Of a stretch of 64,000 nt of DNA, positions 47,925 to 58,234 are shown in pieces; position 1 is the stretch's first letter, and each line of letters opens with the position of its first letter. Below the pieces are notes generated by a model. That model ran no database searches, had not been told where the DNA came from, and saw only the letters and a list, made by a program, of their open reading frames with translations. The stretch comes from an uncultured Alphaproteobacteria bacterium (GTDB lineage Bacteria > Pseudomonadota > Alphaproteobacteria > Micavibrionales > Micavibrionaceae), in NCBI GenBank assembly GCA_937934135.1, contig CALHAW010000005.1:1034-65033 (forward strand), given 5' to 3'. Position numbers and translations under genes: made by a program.

Positions 47925-50036
47925 ATGCATATAATAAGAAACATTTTTTTCATTTTCTTTTTTATGGTTGCCGCTTTTCCTATTTTGGCGCAAACAGCGC
48001 ACGCACAAGAAGAACCCGAGCATTATGTCTCTGTTCGCTTGATTGCTGATAAATCTGACGTCAAAGGCGGCGATGTAATTCGCATTGGCCTTGAGCAAAC
48101 CATCCATCCCAAATGGCACACATATTGGAAAAACCCTGGCGATTCTGGATTGGCTACCGCCATTCAATGGGATACACCATCTGGTTTTATATTCAGTGAC
48201 ATGGAATGGCCAACACCCCATAAACTACCTTATGGCCCATTGACTAATTATGGTTATGAAGGAACCGTCATAACCTTACAAAATTTAACCCTACCCACAA
48301 CCATTCCAACAGGACCTTTTGAAATAAGCGGAACGGTTAATCTCCTCACTTGTTATGATATCTGTATCCCAGAAAGCCATGATGTATCCATTCGCTTTAA
48401 TAATGGCGGCGCGGCGCAATCTGATCTAATAGCAAAAGCAGAACAAGCCCTGCCCACATCACAAGATTGGCACACAACATACAGTGAAGAAAAAGGCAAC
48501 TTCGTTCTGAATGTCACAACAGATGACACAAATATTATCAACGCTGACACCGTCATTTTAGCCCCCGAAGAATGGGGAACAATCGATAATACGGCCAATG
48601 CCCACCTTGAAAAAACAAAAGATGGCTTTCGTCTTTTACAAAAACGTGGGGATCGTGATTTAAATGAAATAACCTCTCTTCCACTTGTCATTGGGTATGA
48701 TGGGAAAGGCGTTCACCTCAATGCAAAACCCGCCCCTGCTCAATCTACTACCGCCGCCATCAACGCACCGCCGCTTAGCAGTGAAACAATGCCTTTCAAT
48801 GGCGGTCTCTTGATCCAAGCGTTGCTTTTTGCTTTCTTGGGCGGGCTTATTCTAAATCTTATGCCTTGCGTTTTTCCCGTGCTTTCTATCAAAGCGCTCA
48901 GTCTCATTAATTTAAATGAAAAGGAAGAAAAAAAAGCCCGCCAATATGGGGTAAGTTATACTGCAGGCATCCTCATCAGCTTCGGCCTGATTGCCGCAAC
49001 ACTTCTGATTTTAAAAGCAAGTGGCGAACAAATTGGATGGGGCTTTCAACTTCAAAATTCTATCATAATTACGCTGTTGGTCTATTTGGTGTTTCTTATT
49101 GGCCTCAATCTTTCTGGCTTTTTTGAATTTACATCAAAATTCTCAAATCTTGGACAGGGTCTCACTCAAAAATCAGGCCATAGCGGCGCATTCTTTACCG
49201 GTGTTCTGGCAACTATTGTCGCCACCCCTTGCACCGCACCTTTCATGGGAACAGCAATGGGCTTCGCCTTAACCCAACCTCCCGCCATTTCCATGCTCGT
49301 CTTTTTAACGCTTGGTTTGGGTTTGGCGTTTCCATACCTACTGCTTTGTTATGTACCTGCACTGCGCGCAAAACTTCCAAGACCAGGCGCATGGATGGAA
49401 ACATTCCGTCAGTTTCTTGCCTTTCCTATGTTCATTACCGCGGCATGGCTTGTATGGGTGCTATCACAACAAATTTCTTCTTTAAGTGTCCTTTGCGTGC
49501 TGCTTGGTTTAATTGCTATTACTCTTATAATCTGGCTCAAAAAGAATTGGCCGCAAAATAAAATAGGGAAAATTTTTGCCCTTCTTCTTCTCATAGGTTC
49601 TTTAATTTTCGCTGTCATGCCCTTAACCAATATGGAGGGCGCAAAAGATCAGGGAAAAATAGAACAGAATGGATTTTGGAATACATTCTCGCTTGAGGCA
49701 TTAGATACTGCCCTTCAAGGCAATCAACCTGTTTTTGTGGAAATGACCGCGGCATGGTGCATCACCTGTAAAGTAAATGAAAAAGTTGCTTTAAACATTG
49801 ATGCTACAAAGAAATTATTTAGCGAAAAAAATGTTAAATATTTAAAAGGTGACTGGACAAATAAAGACACAACAATCACACAATATTTAGACAGCTTTGA
49901 TCGCTCTGGCGTTCCTATTTACGTCTATTACGGCGCACCAGATCAACAAAGCGGTAACCGCCCAGACCCTGTTTTATTACCTCAAATATTAACCCCTGGA
50001 ATTGTAAAAGACACAATCCAACAAACTAAAAAATAA
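47925..50036 (+). CDS. dsbD: DsbD/ScsB-superfamily membrane thiol:disulfide electron transporter
   Basis: Three parts: a periplasmic N-domain (HPKWHTYWKNPGDSG, CYDIC), a TM core with LMPCVFPVLS and ATPCTAPFMG, and a C-terminal thioredoxin domain AAWCITCK. Confidence 0.85.
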   Translation: MHIIRNIFFIFFFMVAAFPILAQTAHAQEEPEHYVSVRLIADKSDVKGGDVIRIGLEQTIHPKWHTYWKNPGDSGLATAIQWDTPSGFIFSDMEWPTPHKLPYGPLTNYGYEGTVITLQNLTLPTTIPTGPFEISGTVNLLTCYDICIPESHDVSIRFNNGGAAQSDLIAKAEQALPTSQDWHTTYSEEKGNFVLNVTTDDTNIINADTVILAPEEWGTIDNTANAHLEKTKDGFRLLQKRGDRDLNEITSLPLVIGYDGKGVHLNAKPAPAQSTTAAINAPPLSSETMPFNGGLLIQALLFAFLGGLILNLMPCVFPVLSIKALSLINLNEKEEKKARQYGVSYTAGILISFGLIAATLLILKASGEQIGWGFQLQNSIIITLLVYLVFLIGLNLSGFFEFTSKFSNLGQGLTQKSGHSGAFFTGVLATIVATPCTAPFMGTAMGFALTQPPAISMLVFLTLGLGLAFPYLLLCYVPALRAKLPRPGAWMETFRQFLAFPMFITAAWLVWVLSQQISSLSVLCVLLGLIAITLIIWLKKNWPQNKIGKIFALLLLIGSLIFAVMPLTNMEGAKDQGKIEQNGFWNTFSLEALDTALQGNQPVFVEMTAAWCITCKVNEKVALNIDATKKLFSEKNVKYLKGDWTNKDTTITQYLDSFDRSGVPIYVYYGAPDQQSGNRPDPVLLPQILTPGIVKDTIQQTKK

Positions 50037-50047
50037 GGAAAGAAAAA

Positions 50048-50656
50048 ATGAAATTATCTCTAATTACGCTTATGGCCGCTGGATTCTTGGCTGCCTGTCT
50101 GCCTTCCGCAAATGCAGAAGTCATAGTCGGTGAACCCGCACCAAATTTTACAGCCATCGACACGAACGGCGTTGAACATAATTTAAGTGATTTCAAAGGT
50201 AAAAATGTTGTTCTTGAATGGTCTAACCACGCATGCCCTTTCGTTGTAAAACATTACAGCGTCGGCAACATGCAAAAAGTTCAAAAACAAGCCACAGATA
50301 ATGGTGCAATATGGATCACAATCGTTTCTTCTGCTGAAGGAAAGCAAGGCGCCATCAACGCCGAAGAATCCAATCAAGTAATGAAAGAAGTCGGCGCCCA
50401 TTCTACCGCACGTATCTTGGACCCCTCTGGTGAAATTGGAAAACTTTACGGTGCAAAAACAACGCCGCATATGTTCATCATCGATAAAGAAGGCAATATT
50501 GCCTATACTGGCGCGATTGATAGCAATAGCGGCTTCAGCTCCGATACGATTAAAGGCGCAACAAATTACGTTTCTGCCGCTCTTGAAAGCCTCAATGCCG
50601 GCGAAGAAATTCAAATCGCCAGCACAAAACCATATGGCTGTTCTGTGAAATATTAA
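50048..50656 (+). CDS. secreted redoxin/peroxiredoxin-like thioredoxin-fold protein
   Basis: Signal or lipoprotein N-terminus (FLAAC), WSNHACPFV active-site-like motif and C-terminal PYGCSVKY. Confidence 0.7.
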   Translation: MKLSLITLMAAGFLAACLPSANAEVIVGEPAPNFTAIDTNGVEHNLSDFKGKNVVLEWSNHACPFVVKHYSVGNMQKVQKQATDNGAIWITIVSSAEGKQGAINAEESNQVMKEVGAHSTARILDPSGEIGKLYGAKTTPHMFIIDKEGNIAYTGAIDSNSGFSSDTIKGATNYVSAALESLNAGEEIQIASTKPYGCSVKY

Positions 50657-50675
50657 TTCAAAATCGCTTTAAAAG

Positions 50676-50707
50676 GCCGCTATACCTCGGTATGGCGGCT
50701 TTTTTTC
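50676..50707 (+). terminator. intrinsic terminator after the redoxin gene
   Basis: GCCGCTATACC..GGTATGGCGGC stem (one G-U) followed by TTTTTTT. Confidence 0.8.
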
Positions 50708-50765
50708 TACCTATTTTCCCGAATCTCGGATATCGTTATGGAAGAATATTCTTTCAGGTCTCCAC

Positions 50766-52355
50766 ATGTCATTTTTTACAGGTACAGCACATAAGGCGAA
50801 AACGCGCCAAATTTTCTCTTTTTCATCCCCTGCACAGCAGAATGAAAAAAGTGAATTGCCGCGTCTTATCCTTTCTGAACAGGGGAATATCCTATTTGCG
50901 AATGATGCTTTTATTAATTTATATAACGACCCTTCAAAAGATTTAATCGGCATTCCTTCTTCAAACATCTTTGATAATATAAAACTCAAAGAAGGTCGCC
51001 AAAGCCTTTCCTTGCTACATAATAAAACAAAACTTTCACTCCATTTTGACAGGATTGAAACGAACACAGGTCAATGTGTTTTTGTTGCTTCGGCCGAAAA
51101 GAAAACCGCGCGCGAAAATCTTTTAAATTTTGTTTCAGAACAAATTGAAGAAAAAGAAGAAAGAGCGCAAAATTCAAAAGCGGCAAATCACCTGCTCAGT
51201 TTTGACCTTGAAAAAACAACAACAGCGTACCGTGCAACCTTAACCCGTCAACGCAAACGCTTAAGCGAGGCCGAAGCTATCGCCAATATTGGTCAATGGC
51301 ATTGGCGCATAGGACAAGATTCTCTATCCTTCTCAGATCAGCTTTATGTAATTTTTGGACTTGATGCTAATATTTTCAGCCCCACGCTCAATAACGTCAC
51401 AGAAATGATTCATAAGGACGATGCCGATCGCATGATGCAGGTTTTCCAACGCGCGATCATCGAACAGCAAAATTACGACATGGATTTTCGGATCAACACC
51501 TTATCCGATGAAACCCGCTATATCCGTTGCGAAGGACGTTGCCAAACTGATAAAGAAGGTGATGTGATTGCCCTTTACGGCATTATGCAAGACGTCACAG
51601 AAACACGGCAACGTGAAATGGATCTACGCCAAGCCAAAGACACAGCGGAACGCGCCTACGCCGCAAAAAGCCAGTTCCTTGCGAATATGAGCCACGAGCT
51701 TCGTACCCCTTTAAACGCGGTGATTGGCTTTTCTGAAATGATGGAACGTCAACTTCTTGGCCCTATCGGCACCGAAAAATATTTAGAATATATTACAGGC
51801 ATCCGCGAAAGTGGGGAGCATTTGCTCGACCTCATCAGTGATATTTTAGACATGTCAAAAATTGAAGCGGGTAAATATGAACTCGCCCTTGAACAATTCA
51901 ACATTGCCAAAACTATTCGCCTTGCTGTTCATATGATCGAAGGCCGCGCGCTGGATAATGCCATTAAAATTAATATAACACTCGATAATGAAGACCTTAG
52001 AATCGTCGCAGATCGCCGCGCTGTGATGCAGATGGTGTTAAACTTACTATCCAATGCTGTAAAATTTTCAAAACAAAATGGGGTCATTAATGTGACCTTA
52101 CAAGAACATCAGAACTCTCTAACAATTACCGTTGAAGATAACGGTATTGGTATTCCCGCTAATAAGCTTGCCAATATCACCATGCCTTTTGAACAGGCAC
52201 AGGTTGATTATAAAAAAGAATATGAAGGTACAGGATTGGGGCTTTCCATCACCAAGGAACTCTCCGAAAGCCACGGCGGTTCTTTGGACATTCAATCCAC
52301 ACTTGATGTTGGCACAATAGTAACAATTCGCCTGCCTTATAAAACTAAAGTCTAA
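50766..52355 (+). CDS. PAS-domain sensor histidine kinase (PleC/DivJ-like HisKA region)
   Basis: FLANMSHELRTPLNAVIGFSEMM H-box, DILDMSKIEAG, and N/G1/G2 boxes (NLLSNAVKF, DNGIGI, GTGLGLSI). No adjacent response regulator. Confidence 0.85.
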   Translation: MSFFTGTAHKAKTRQIFSFSSPAQQNEKSELPRLILSEQGNILFANDAFINLYNDPSKDLIGIPSSNIFDNIKLKEGRQSLSLLHNKTKLSLHFDRIETNTGQCVFVASAEKKTARENLLNFVSEQIEEKEERAQNSKAANHLLSFDLEKTTTAYRATLTRQRKRLSEAEAIANIGQWHWRIGQDSLSFSDQLYVIFGLDANIFSPTLNNVTEMIHKDDADRMMQVFQRAIIEQQNYDMDFRINTLSDETRYIRCEGRCQTDKEGDVIALYGIMQDVTETRQREMDLRQAKDTAERAYAAKSQFLANMSHELRTPLNAVIGFSEMMERQLLGPIGTEKYLEYITGIRESGEHLLDLISDILDMSKIEAGKYELALEQFNIAKTIRLAVHMIEGRALDNAIKINITLDNEDLRIVADRRAVMQMVLNLLSNAVKFSKQNGVINVTLQEHQNSLTITVEDNGIGIPANKLANITMPFEQAQVDYKKEYEGTGLGLSITKELSESHGGSLDIQSTLDVGTIVTIRLPYKTKV

Positions 52356-52359
52356 CGAC

Positions 52360-53265
52360 TTATTCTGCTTGCGCGCTCTGTTCGGCGGCAAGACACCCTT
52401 CTAAACCAGCCTTATAATCTGGATACTTTAACGTCACGCCCAACTCATTCTTAATTTTATTATTCAACACATGCTTATTATCTTTGTAAAAACTTAATGC
52501 AATCGGCGCTAAATCGGCTTGATCAAAAGGTAATAATGGGGGAACAGCACGTCCCAATAATTGGCACGCATAGGCAATCACTTCATGGCTAGGCACGGGC
52601 ATATCATCGGATAGATTATAAATAGACCCCGGATTGGGTTTTTCAAAAGACGCCAATATTGTCTGCACAATATCATCAACATGAATACGGTTAAATTTAT
52701 GCCCTGGCTTTTCAATGCGCCGTGCAACGCCCGCACGAATGGAATCAAGCGCGCTGCGTCCTGGCCCATAAATCCCCGAAAGGCGTAAGATATGGACAGG
52801 AACGCCATGGCGTTCATATAATGAAAGCCACTGTTTTTCCGCCAATTCACGCCGCGATCCCCGTTTGGAAATGGGCCGGGTTTCTGCTGTTTCATCAACA
52901 GATGCACCGCCCCTATCCCCATATACGCCTGTGCTGGATAAATATCCAACCCATTTAAGGTTCGGTAAGTTAATCAATTCTTGTGCGTGTAAGTTAAATA
53001 CCGGATCACCCCGATCATCAGGCGGCGTGGAAATAAGCAAATGGGTAAAACGGCTAAATAATGTTTCAGGGTCTGCAATCGGTGACATTTGGTCAAAAAC
53101 ACGCGCCCGCACACGCCGTGATAGCAATTCTTTACGGCGCTCTTCATCACGCGTTGTGCCGCCTACTGTCCAAGAATCATTTGAGTGTTGAAGAGCATGC
53201 CCTAAATAATCTGCGGTATAGCCATAGCCGAAACAAAATAATCTGTTGTTTTTTTGTTCCACCAT
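52360..53265 (-). CDS. SDR-family NAD(P)-dependent epimerase/dehydratase-like protein
   Basis: N-terminal Rossmann-like FGYGYT, IYGPGR and HVDDIV segments typical of extended SDRs. Confidence 0.7.
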   Translation of the reverse strand: MVEQKNNRLFCFGYGYTADYLGHALQHSNDSWTVGGTTRDEERRKELLSRRVRARVFDQMSPIADPETLFSRFTHLLISTPPDDRGDPVFNLHAQELINLPNLKWVGYLSSTGVYGDRGGASVDETAETRPISKRGSRRELAEKQWLSLYERHGVPVHILRLSGIYGPGRSALDSIRAGVARRIEKPGHKFNRIHVDDIVQTILASFEKPNPGSIYNLSDDMPVPSHEVIAYACQLLGRAVPPLLPFDQADLAPIALSFYKDNKHVLNNKIKNELGVTLKYPDYKAGLEGCLAAEQSAQAE

Positions 53266-53274
53266 TTTTGAAAT

Positions 53275-53943
53275 TTAAAAATCAACGTTTTCGTAATGTG
53301 CAACAGGCTGAAATCCAGGGACTTTATCTTCCAAAAGGGGCTTAAAGCTCGGCCTTGATTTCACGCGGGCGTACCATTCTTGGGCTGATTGATGTTCTTC
53401 CCACGGTACATCGCCAATATAATCAATCGCTGATAAATGCGCCGCTGCGGCAATATCCGCCAAAGAAAAATTATCCCCCGCCAGCCATTTGCGCTTTTCG
53501 GTCAAAAACCCAATATAGTCCAGATGATAATGAATATTCGCATTTCCCGCGCGGATTGATGGACCATGCGGTTCCCCCAATTTTAACATCGGCTTCATCA
53601 ATTTTTCACCAAGGATATTGTCGGAGACTTCGCGGTTAAACTTTACATCAAACCATCCCACAAGACGGCGCGTTTCCGCGCGCTGCAAAGGGTCTGTACC
53701 AATTAAATTGTTTTCTGGGTATACCTCTTCCAAATATTCACAAATAACCGAAGAATTGGCTAATGTCGTGCCATCAGGCTCTATCAAAACAGGAACATCG
53801 CCCGCAGGGTTCATCGCAAGAAATTCCGTCCGGCGTTCCCATATTTTTTCAATATGTGCTTCAAAATTCAGATTTTTTTCAGCCAAAACAACGCGAACTT
53901 TGCGCGAAAAGGGGTGCAGCCATAAATGGTAAAGCGTTCTCAT
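53275..53943 (-). CDS. glutathione S-transferase
   Basis: Thioredoxin-like N-domain: SPFSRKVRVVLAEK, VPVLIE, SSVICEYLEE. Confidence 0.85.
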   Translation of the reverse strand: MRTLYHLWLHPFSRKVRVVLAEKNLNFEAHIEKIWERRTEFLAMNPAGDVPVLIEPDGTTLANSSVICEYLEEVYPENNLIGTDPLQRAETRRLVGWFDVKFNREVSDNILGEKLMKPMLKLGEPHGPSIRAGNANIHYHLDYIGFLTEKRKWLAGDNFSLADIAAAAHLSAIDYIGDVPWEEHQSAQEWYARVKSRPSFKPLLEDKVPGFQPVAHYENVDF

Positions 53944-54007
53944 TATGGAACAAAGTGTAACGCAAATATGTGAATGCGCCTAGAGTTTATTGATTCTTAT
54001 TAAACCC

Positions 54008-54631
54008 TTAATCCAAAAGAATAAAATAGAGCGCCCCTGCAAAAAATAAACCCACCAAAAACACCAAAAGATAAGGCACAGAGCCTTCTATTGGTTTACT
54101 TAACATTCGTTTTAACGTGCCGTCCCTATCCACAAAATGATGCTTAAACGCCCCTGCGGCATGCAATAAAATCGCAATAACCAAGACATATCCCAAAATT
54201 TCATGCGTTTGGTTCATTAAAGACCCAAGCGCCTTATTTTCCGCAACCAATGCCGGCAATGTTAGGCCAAATAATTTAACCGGATATCCCGCCGAAGACG
54301 ACATCGCCCACCCAGATAATGGCATGCCAATCATCCCTAGATACAGCGCTAAATGCGCAATTTTGGCCAATATTTTTTCCCATTTCTTATGGGTCACCAT
54401 AGAGTCAAGCTTCGCATTTGAAACCTTCCAAATAATGCGTCCCGCAACCATGAGTAAAATCAAAATACCAAAAGATTTATGCCATCCATAAACTTGAAAT
54501 TTAAAAGGCGCGGGATCAAGTGAAACCATAAAAAAACCAACAATCAGAAGGCTCATCATCATAAGCGCCATGCTCCAGTGGAAAATCTTTGCAATAAGAC
54601 CAAATTCTGTCGCTGTATTTTTAAATCTCAT
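54008..54631 (-). CDS. cytochrome b561 (CybB) family protein
   Basis: 4 TM with conserved His positions (IFHWSMA, GWHKSFG, HEILGY, LHAAGAFKHH). Start moved to the ATG at 54631. Confidence 0.8.
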   Translation of the reverse strand: MRFKNTATEFGLIAKIFHWSMALMMMSLLIVGFFMVSLDPAPFKFQVYGWHKSFGILILLMVAGRIIWKVSNAKLDSMVTHKKWEKILAKIAHLALYLGMIGMPLSGWAMSSSAGYPVKLFGLTLPALVAENKALGSLMNQTHEILGYVLVIAILLHAAGAFKHHFVDRDGTLKRMLSKPIEGSVPYLLVFLVGLFFAGALYFILLD

Positions 54632-54642
54632 AAAATGTCCTT

Positions 54643-54846
54643 TTAATAAAAATAATGTTGGAAAATGTAATGCCCAGTCCACCCACCAACGGCGGCAAAG
54701 CTCCAGACCAGAAGCCCAAATTTGGTACGAATTGATTTATCAGTCTGAATTTCTTCTTTGGTTTTATGGCGCAAAATTACATTAATGGTGCCTAACCCCA
54801 CACTAAATCCAAAAATCAACCCAATCGCAGTAAAAAGATAGACCAT
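54643..54846 (-). CDS. small 2-TM membrane protein (hypothetical)
   Basis: Two hydrophobic segments only, located 11 nt upstream of the cytochrome b561 gene. Confidence 0.35.
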   Translation of the reverse strand: MVYLFTAIGLIFGFSVGLGTINVILRHKTKEEIQTDKSIRTKFGLLVWSFAAVGGWTGHYIFQHYFY

Positions 54847-54899
54847 GCCTTGCCAAACCTCTATTCTGTTATCATCTTTACACAAGGTTACAAAAAATC

Positions 54900-55709
54900 A
54901 TGCCCCTTTACCACATTATAGTTTTAGCAGTGATACAAGGCATTACAGAATTTCTCCCCATCAGCTCCAGCGGGCATTTGGTTTTAACTCATGCGCTGTT
55001 TGGGAATTATGTCGGTGATCTTTGTTGGAAAACAAACCGCTTAATGGATGTTGCCGTTCATGTTGGTACGCTTTTATCCGTCCTGCTCTATTTTCGTAAA
55101 GACATTGCCATGATGCTTGGGGGTATTACGAAACCTCAATCAACAGGCTTTAAACTTAGTGGAAAAATCCTCATCGCTTCTCTACCCGTGATGATCGCGG
55201 GTTTTATTTTACAAATGATACAACCCTCCTTCCTCTGCTTGCTTCAAGTCATGGCATGGATGAGCATTATTTTCGGAGTCCTACTTTATTTCGCCGATAA
55301 AATGAATGACGGCAGAACCATGCAGGACATGACATTAAAAAACGCCTTTTTTATTGGCCTGTCTCAAATGCTCGCCCTTATTCCAGGGGTCAGTCGTTCT
55401 GGCATTACCATGACCAGCGCTCGTTTTTTAGGATTCTCCCGTATTGCTGCGGCGCGTTTCTCGCTTCTGCTTTCTATCATCGCCATCAGCGGCGCGGGCC
55501 TCCTCACCAGTTTTGATATAATAAACACAGATAATATTGACCTCGGCTTTGATGTTCTCTTCGCCGTGACGCTGTCCTTTATTGCGGGCTATATCGCTAT
55601 ATCCGTGATGATGCACTGGCTCTCACGCGCAACCTTCATGCCGTTTGTGATTTATCGTGTGATTTTGGGTATCGCTCTACTCGGCCTTATTTATGGTGGT
55701 ATGATTTAA
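54900..55709 (+). CDS. uppP: undecaprenyl-diphosphate phosphatase
   Basis: GITEFLPISSSGHL and PGVSRSGITMT. Confidence 0.93.
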   Translation: MPLYHIIVLAVIQGITEFLPISSSGHLVLTHALFGNYVGDLCWKTNRLMDVAVHVGTLLSVLLYFRKDIAMMLGGITKPQSTGFKLSGKILIASLPVMIAGFILQMIQPSFLCLLQVMAWMSIIFGVLLYFADKMNDGRTMQDMTLKNAFFIGLSQMLALIPGVSRSGITMTSARFLGFSRIAAARFSLLLSIIAISGAGLLTSFDIINTDNIDLGFDVLFAVTLSFIAGYIAISVMMHWLSRATFMPFVIYRVILGIALLGLIYGGMI

Positions 55710-56243
55710 AACCGCAAACGTAATCTTCGTATCACCGTAAATTTTTATCGTTTCAATGGTGATTAAATCACTTTCAATTTCTTCTTTTCTATCCGTTTCA
55801 ATCACAAAAAAAACATCGTCTTTTAAACAGCCCTGCGTCATTAAATTTTCAATCACAGGGACACTTAAATTTTTATTATAGGGCGGATCAAGAAAAACAA
55901 GATCAACCAAAACCCCATCATTTATTTTTGCTTTTGTGATATCAGTTAGGAAAATTTTGGCTTGCCCATCGCACCCTAAACTTTGAATATTATAACGGCA
56001 TAATTCATAAGACACTTTTGCTTTATCATAAAAATAACACTGCGCCGCGCCTTGTGATAAGGCTTCTAACCCCAATGCCCCCGTACCACAAAAAGCATCC
56101 ATAACAACCGCATCCACCAATAAACCACGCGCGTTTAAGGCATTAAAAATAGCAGCGCGTATTTTATCAGAAGTCGGCCTTACATCACGCCCCTTGGGCG
56201 ATTCAAGCTGCCTTCCTTTATACATTCCTGCCGTAATACGCAT
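55677..56243 (-). CDS. rsmD: 16S rRNA (guanine966-N2)-methyltransferase
   Basis: MRITAGMYKGRQL..P....RPTSDKIRAAIFN, DAFCGTGALGLEALSQGA, DPPY. Confidence 0.88.
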   Translation of the reverse strand: MRITAGMYKGRQLESPKGRDVRPTSDKIRAAIFNALNARGLLVDAVVMDAFCGTGALGLEALSQGAAQCYFYDKAKVSYELCRYNIQSLGCDGQAKIFLTDITKAKINDGVLVDLVFLDPPYNKNLSVPVIENLMTQGCLKDDVFFVIETDRKEEIESDLITIETIKIYGDTKITFAVLNHTTINKAE

Positions 56244-57031
56244 TATTTAAAAAAATCCTTTAACTGGTCTTTCATCATATGTTGCTTTACCTCTAAAATA
56301 GATTTCTTCGGCAGTGTTCCCAAATGAAACGGGCCATAAGACGTACGGATTAACCGGTTTACCGTCAGGCCAACCGCTTCCATTACATTACGCACTTCTC
56401 GGTTTTTACCTTCGGTCAAGGTGATCGTAACCCACGCATTATCGCCTTGCTGTTTCTCCAGCGCGGCATCAATACCCTTATAAGTCACACCTCCAACACG
56501 GATTCCATTTTTTAATTTATCTAATTTATTTTGTGATACATGCCCATGCGCCCGCGCACGATATGTCCGCCTTAATCCCGTCACAGGAAGCTCTAGATAC
56601 CGTGACAACTCTCCATCATTGGTCAACAACAACAACCCTTCTGTATTAATATCAAGCCGCCCTACCGTTACCACACGCGGTAAATCAGATGGAAATTTTT
56701 CAAATATTGTCTCGCGGCCTTGCTCATCTTTATTCGTTGTCACCAACCCTGCGGGCTTATGATACATGAATAAACGGGTGCGCTCTTTACCTGCCAATCG
56801 CTTTCCATCAACAATAATTTCATCATCACCCGTTACCACACAGGCGGGGGTCTGCAAAATATCACCATTTACTTGCACGCGGCCTTCACCAATCCATGCT
56901 TCGGCCTGCCTACGCGAACATAACCCCGCCCGCGCCATTACTTTGGCAATACGCTCTCCTTTATTGCCCCTCTTATTGGCGTCTTTTGAAGCATTTTGTG
57001 CAGGGTCTTTACTTTTATTCTGATCTGTCAT
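56243..57031 (-). CDS. rluB: RsuA/RluB-family pseudouridine synthase
   Basis: S4 domain (ERIAKVMARAGLCSRRQAE) and catalytic GRLDINTEGLLLLTNDG. Confidence 0.85.
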   Translation of the reverse strand: MTDQNKSKDPAQNASKDANKRGNKGERIAKVMARAGLCSRRQAEAWIGEGRVQVNGDILQTPACVVTGDDEIIVDGKRLAGKERTRLFMYHKPAGLVTTNKDEQGRETIFEKFPSDLPRVVTVGRLDINTEGLLLLTNDGELSRYLELPVTGLRRTYRARAHGHVSQNKLDKLKNGIRVGGVTYKGIDAALEKQQGDNAWVTITLTEGKNREVRNVMEAVGLTVNRLIRTSYGPFHLGTLPKKSILEVKQHMMKDQLKDFFK

Positions 57032-57042
57032 TATCTATTTCC

Positions 57043-57501
57043 ATGTTTAACGATAAAGACCATAGCTTTATGCACGCCGCAATGGAAGAGGCACGTTTGG
57101 CCGCTACCCGTGATGAAGTCCCCATTGGCGCTGTTTTAGTCAAAGATGGTGAAATTATCACCCGCAACGGCAATCGTACTATTGAACTTAATGACCCCAC
57201 CGCACACGCAGAAATTCTGTGTATCCGTGAAGCTTGTGCGCTCGAAGCCTCTCAACGCATTCCTGAATTTGATCTTTATGTCACGCTCGAACCCTGCACC
57301 ATGTGCGCAGGCGCGATGGCCTTTGCTCGTATTAAACGCCTGATTATTGGCGCAAGCGACCCAAAAGGCGGCGGTGTCTTACATGGCGCAAAATTCTTTG
57401 ACCAACCCACCTGCCATCATAAAATTAATGTCGAACACGGCCTCATGACCAATCAATGCAGCCAGATTTTAAAAGAATTTTTTCAAAATAAACGAAAATA
57501 A
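57043..57501 (+). CDS. tadA: tRNA adenosine(34) deaminase
   Basis: HAEILCIR and TLEPCTMCAGA zinc motifs. Start moved to the ATG at 57043. Confidence 0.92.
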   Translation: MFNDKDHSFMHAAMEEARLAATRDEVPIGAVLVKDGEIITRNGNRTIELNDPTAHAEILCIREACALEASQRIPEFDLYVTLEPCTMCAGAMAFARIKRLIIGASDPKGGGVLHGAKFFDQPTCHHKINVEHGLMTNQCSQILKEFFQNKRK

Positions 57502-57661
57502 TTCACGCCAAGGGCGCAAAGAAAACGCAACCGTAACAGCATTTTATAAACCCCTCGTGCTTCGTAACGATCTTCACATGAAAGAAAAAAGATATTTAAC
57601 ATGACTTAATGATTGATAAATACAGGAAACATTTAAAAAGCATTCTAAGAGTAAACATCAA

Positions 57662-58234
57662 TCAGTACACAATGTTACCGTTATATTTTTTATCCATTTC
57701 AAATAAAACTATGTCCGCATCTTTGAATTTTATTTGATATTCTCTACAAACTTTTTTTAAATCTTTTAAATATTGAATATATAAATCTATTTGCTTTTCT
57801 TTACTATGAGGGATCTTTAACTCTATTGTTTCTTTATACTTTTCTGGAAGCATACGATAAGCACGTTGATCAATAATTTGATATATATTTGGATTGCGAA
57901 AGCGTAGTATTGTAGAAGCCATTGGCAACCCAACGCCTCTAACACTTAGTAAAACTTGCAAAATTTTTCGTGTAAGGACTTCATCTAATTTTCTAGATTT
58001 TGTCGGTATTTTGTTAATTAAATCACTCTCTTCCTGTGCATTTTGAGAAAAATTTGGATAGCGCCCCACCTTCCATAAAACAATATTATGAAGATGATTT
58101 ATTGTAAAATTTTCTTTTTCTGAAAATATTTTTTTTGAAACCTGTCCGATAAAATCATTATTATATTTATTTAAATATGATTGATATTCTTCAATTCCTA
58201 TCGAGTGAATTGTTTTTATTGCTTTATTCTTCAT
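57662..58234 (-). CDS. AT-rich orphan protein with a helix-hairpin-helix motif (possible HhH glycosylase-like fold)
   Basis: LLSVRGVGLPMASTILRFRNPNIYQIIDQRAYRML resembles hxGhGxxxAxxhh followed by an Ogg2-like IIDRHI segment. The ATG directly follows the purD stop. Confidence 0.5.
   Translation of the reverse strand: MKNKAIKTIHSIGIEEYQSYLNKYNNDFIGQVSKKIFSEKENFTINHLHNIVLWKVGRYPNFSQNAQEESDLINKIPTKSRKLDEVLTRKILQVLLSVRGVGLPMASTILRFRNPNIYQIIDQRAYRMLPEKYKETIELKIPHSKEKQIDLYIQYLKDLKKVCREYQIKFKDADIVLFEMDKKYNGNIVY

Noticed and set aside
50711-51067. 118-aa minus-strand ORF overlapping the kinase 5' region, and the 84-aa plus-strand ORF at 50692
   Set aside because: Both overlap the terminator and promoter region and the kinase N-terminus and have no recognisable features. 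The kinase frame continues into a clear PAS-HisKA-HATPase protein.
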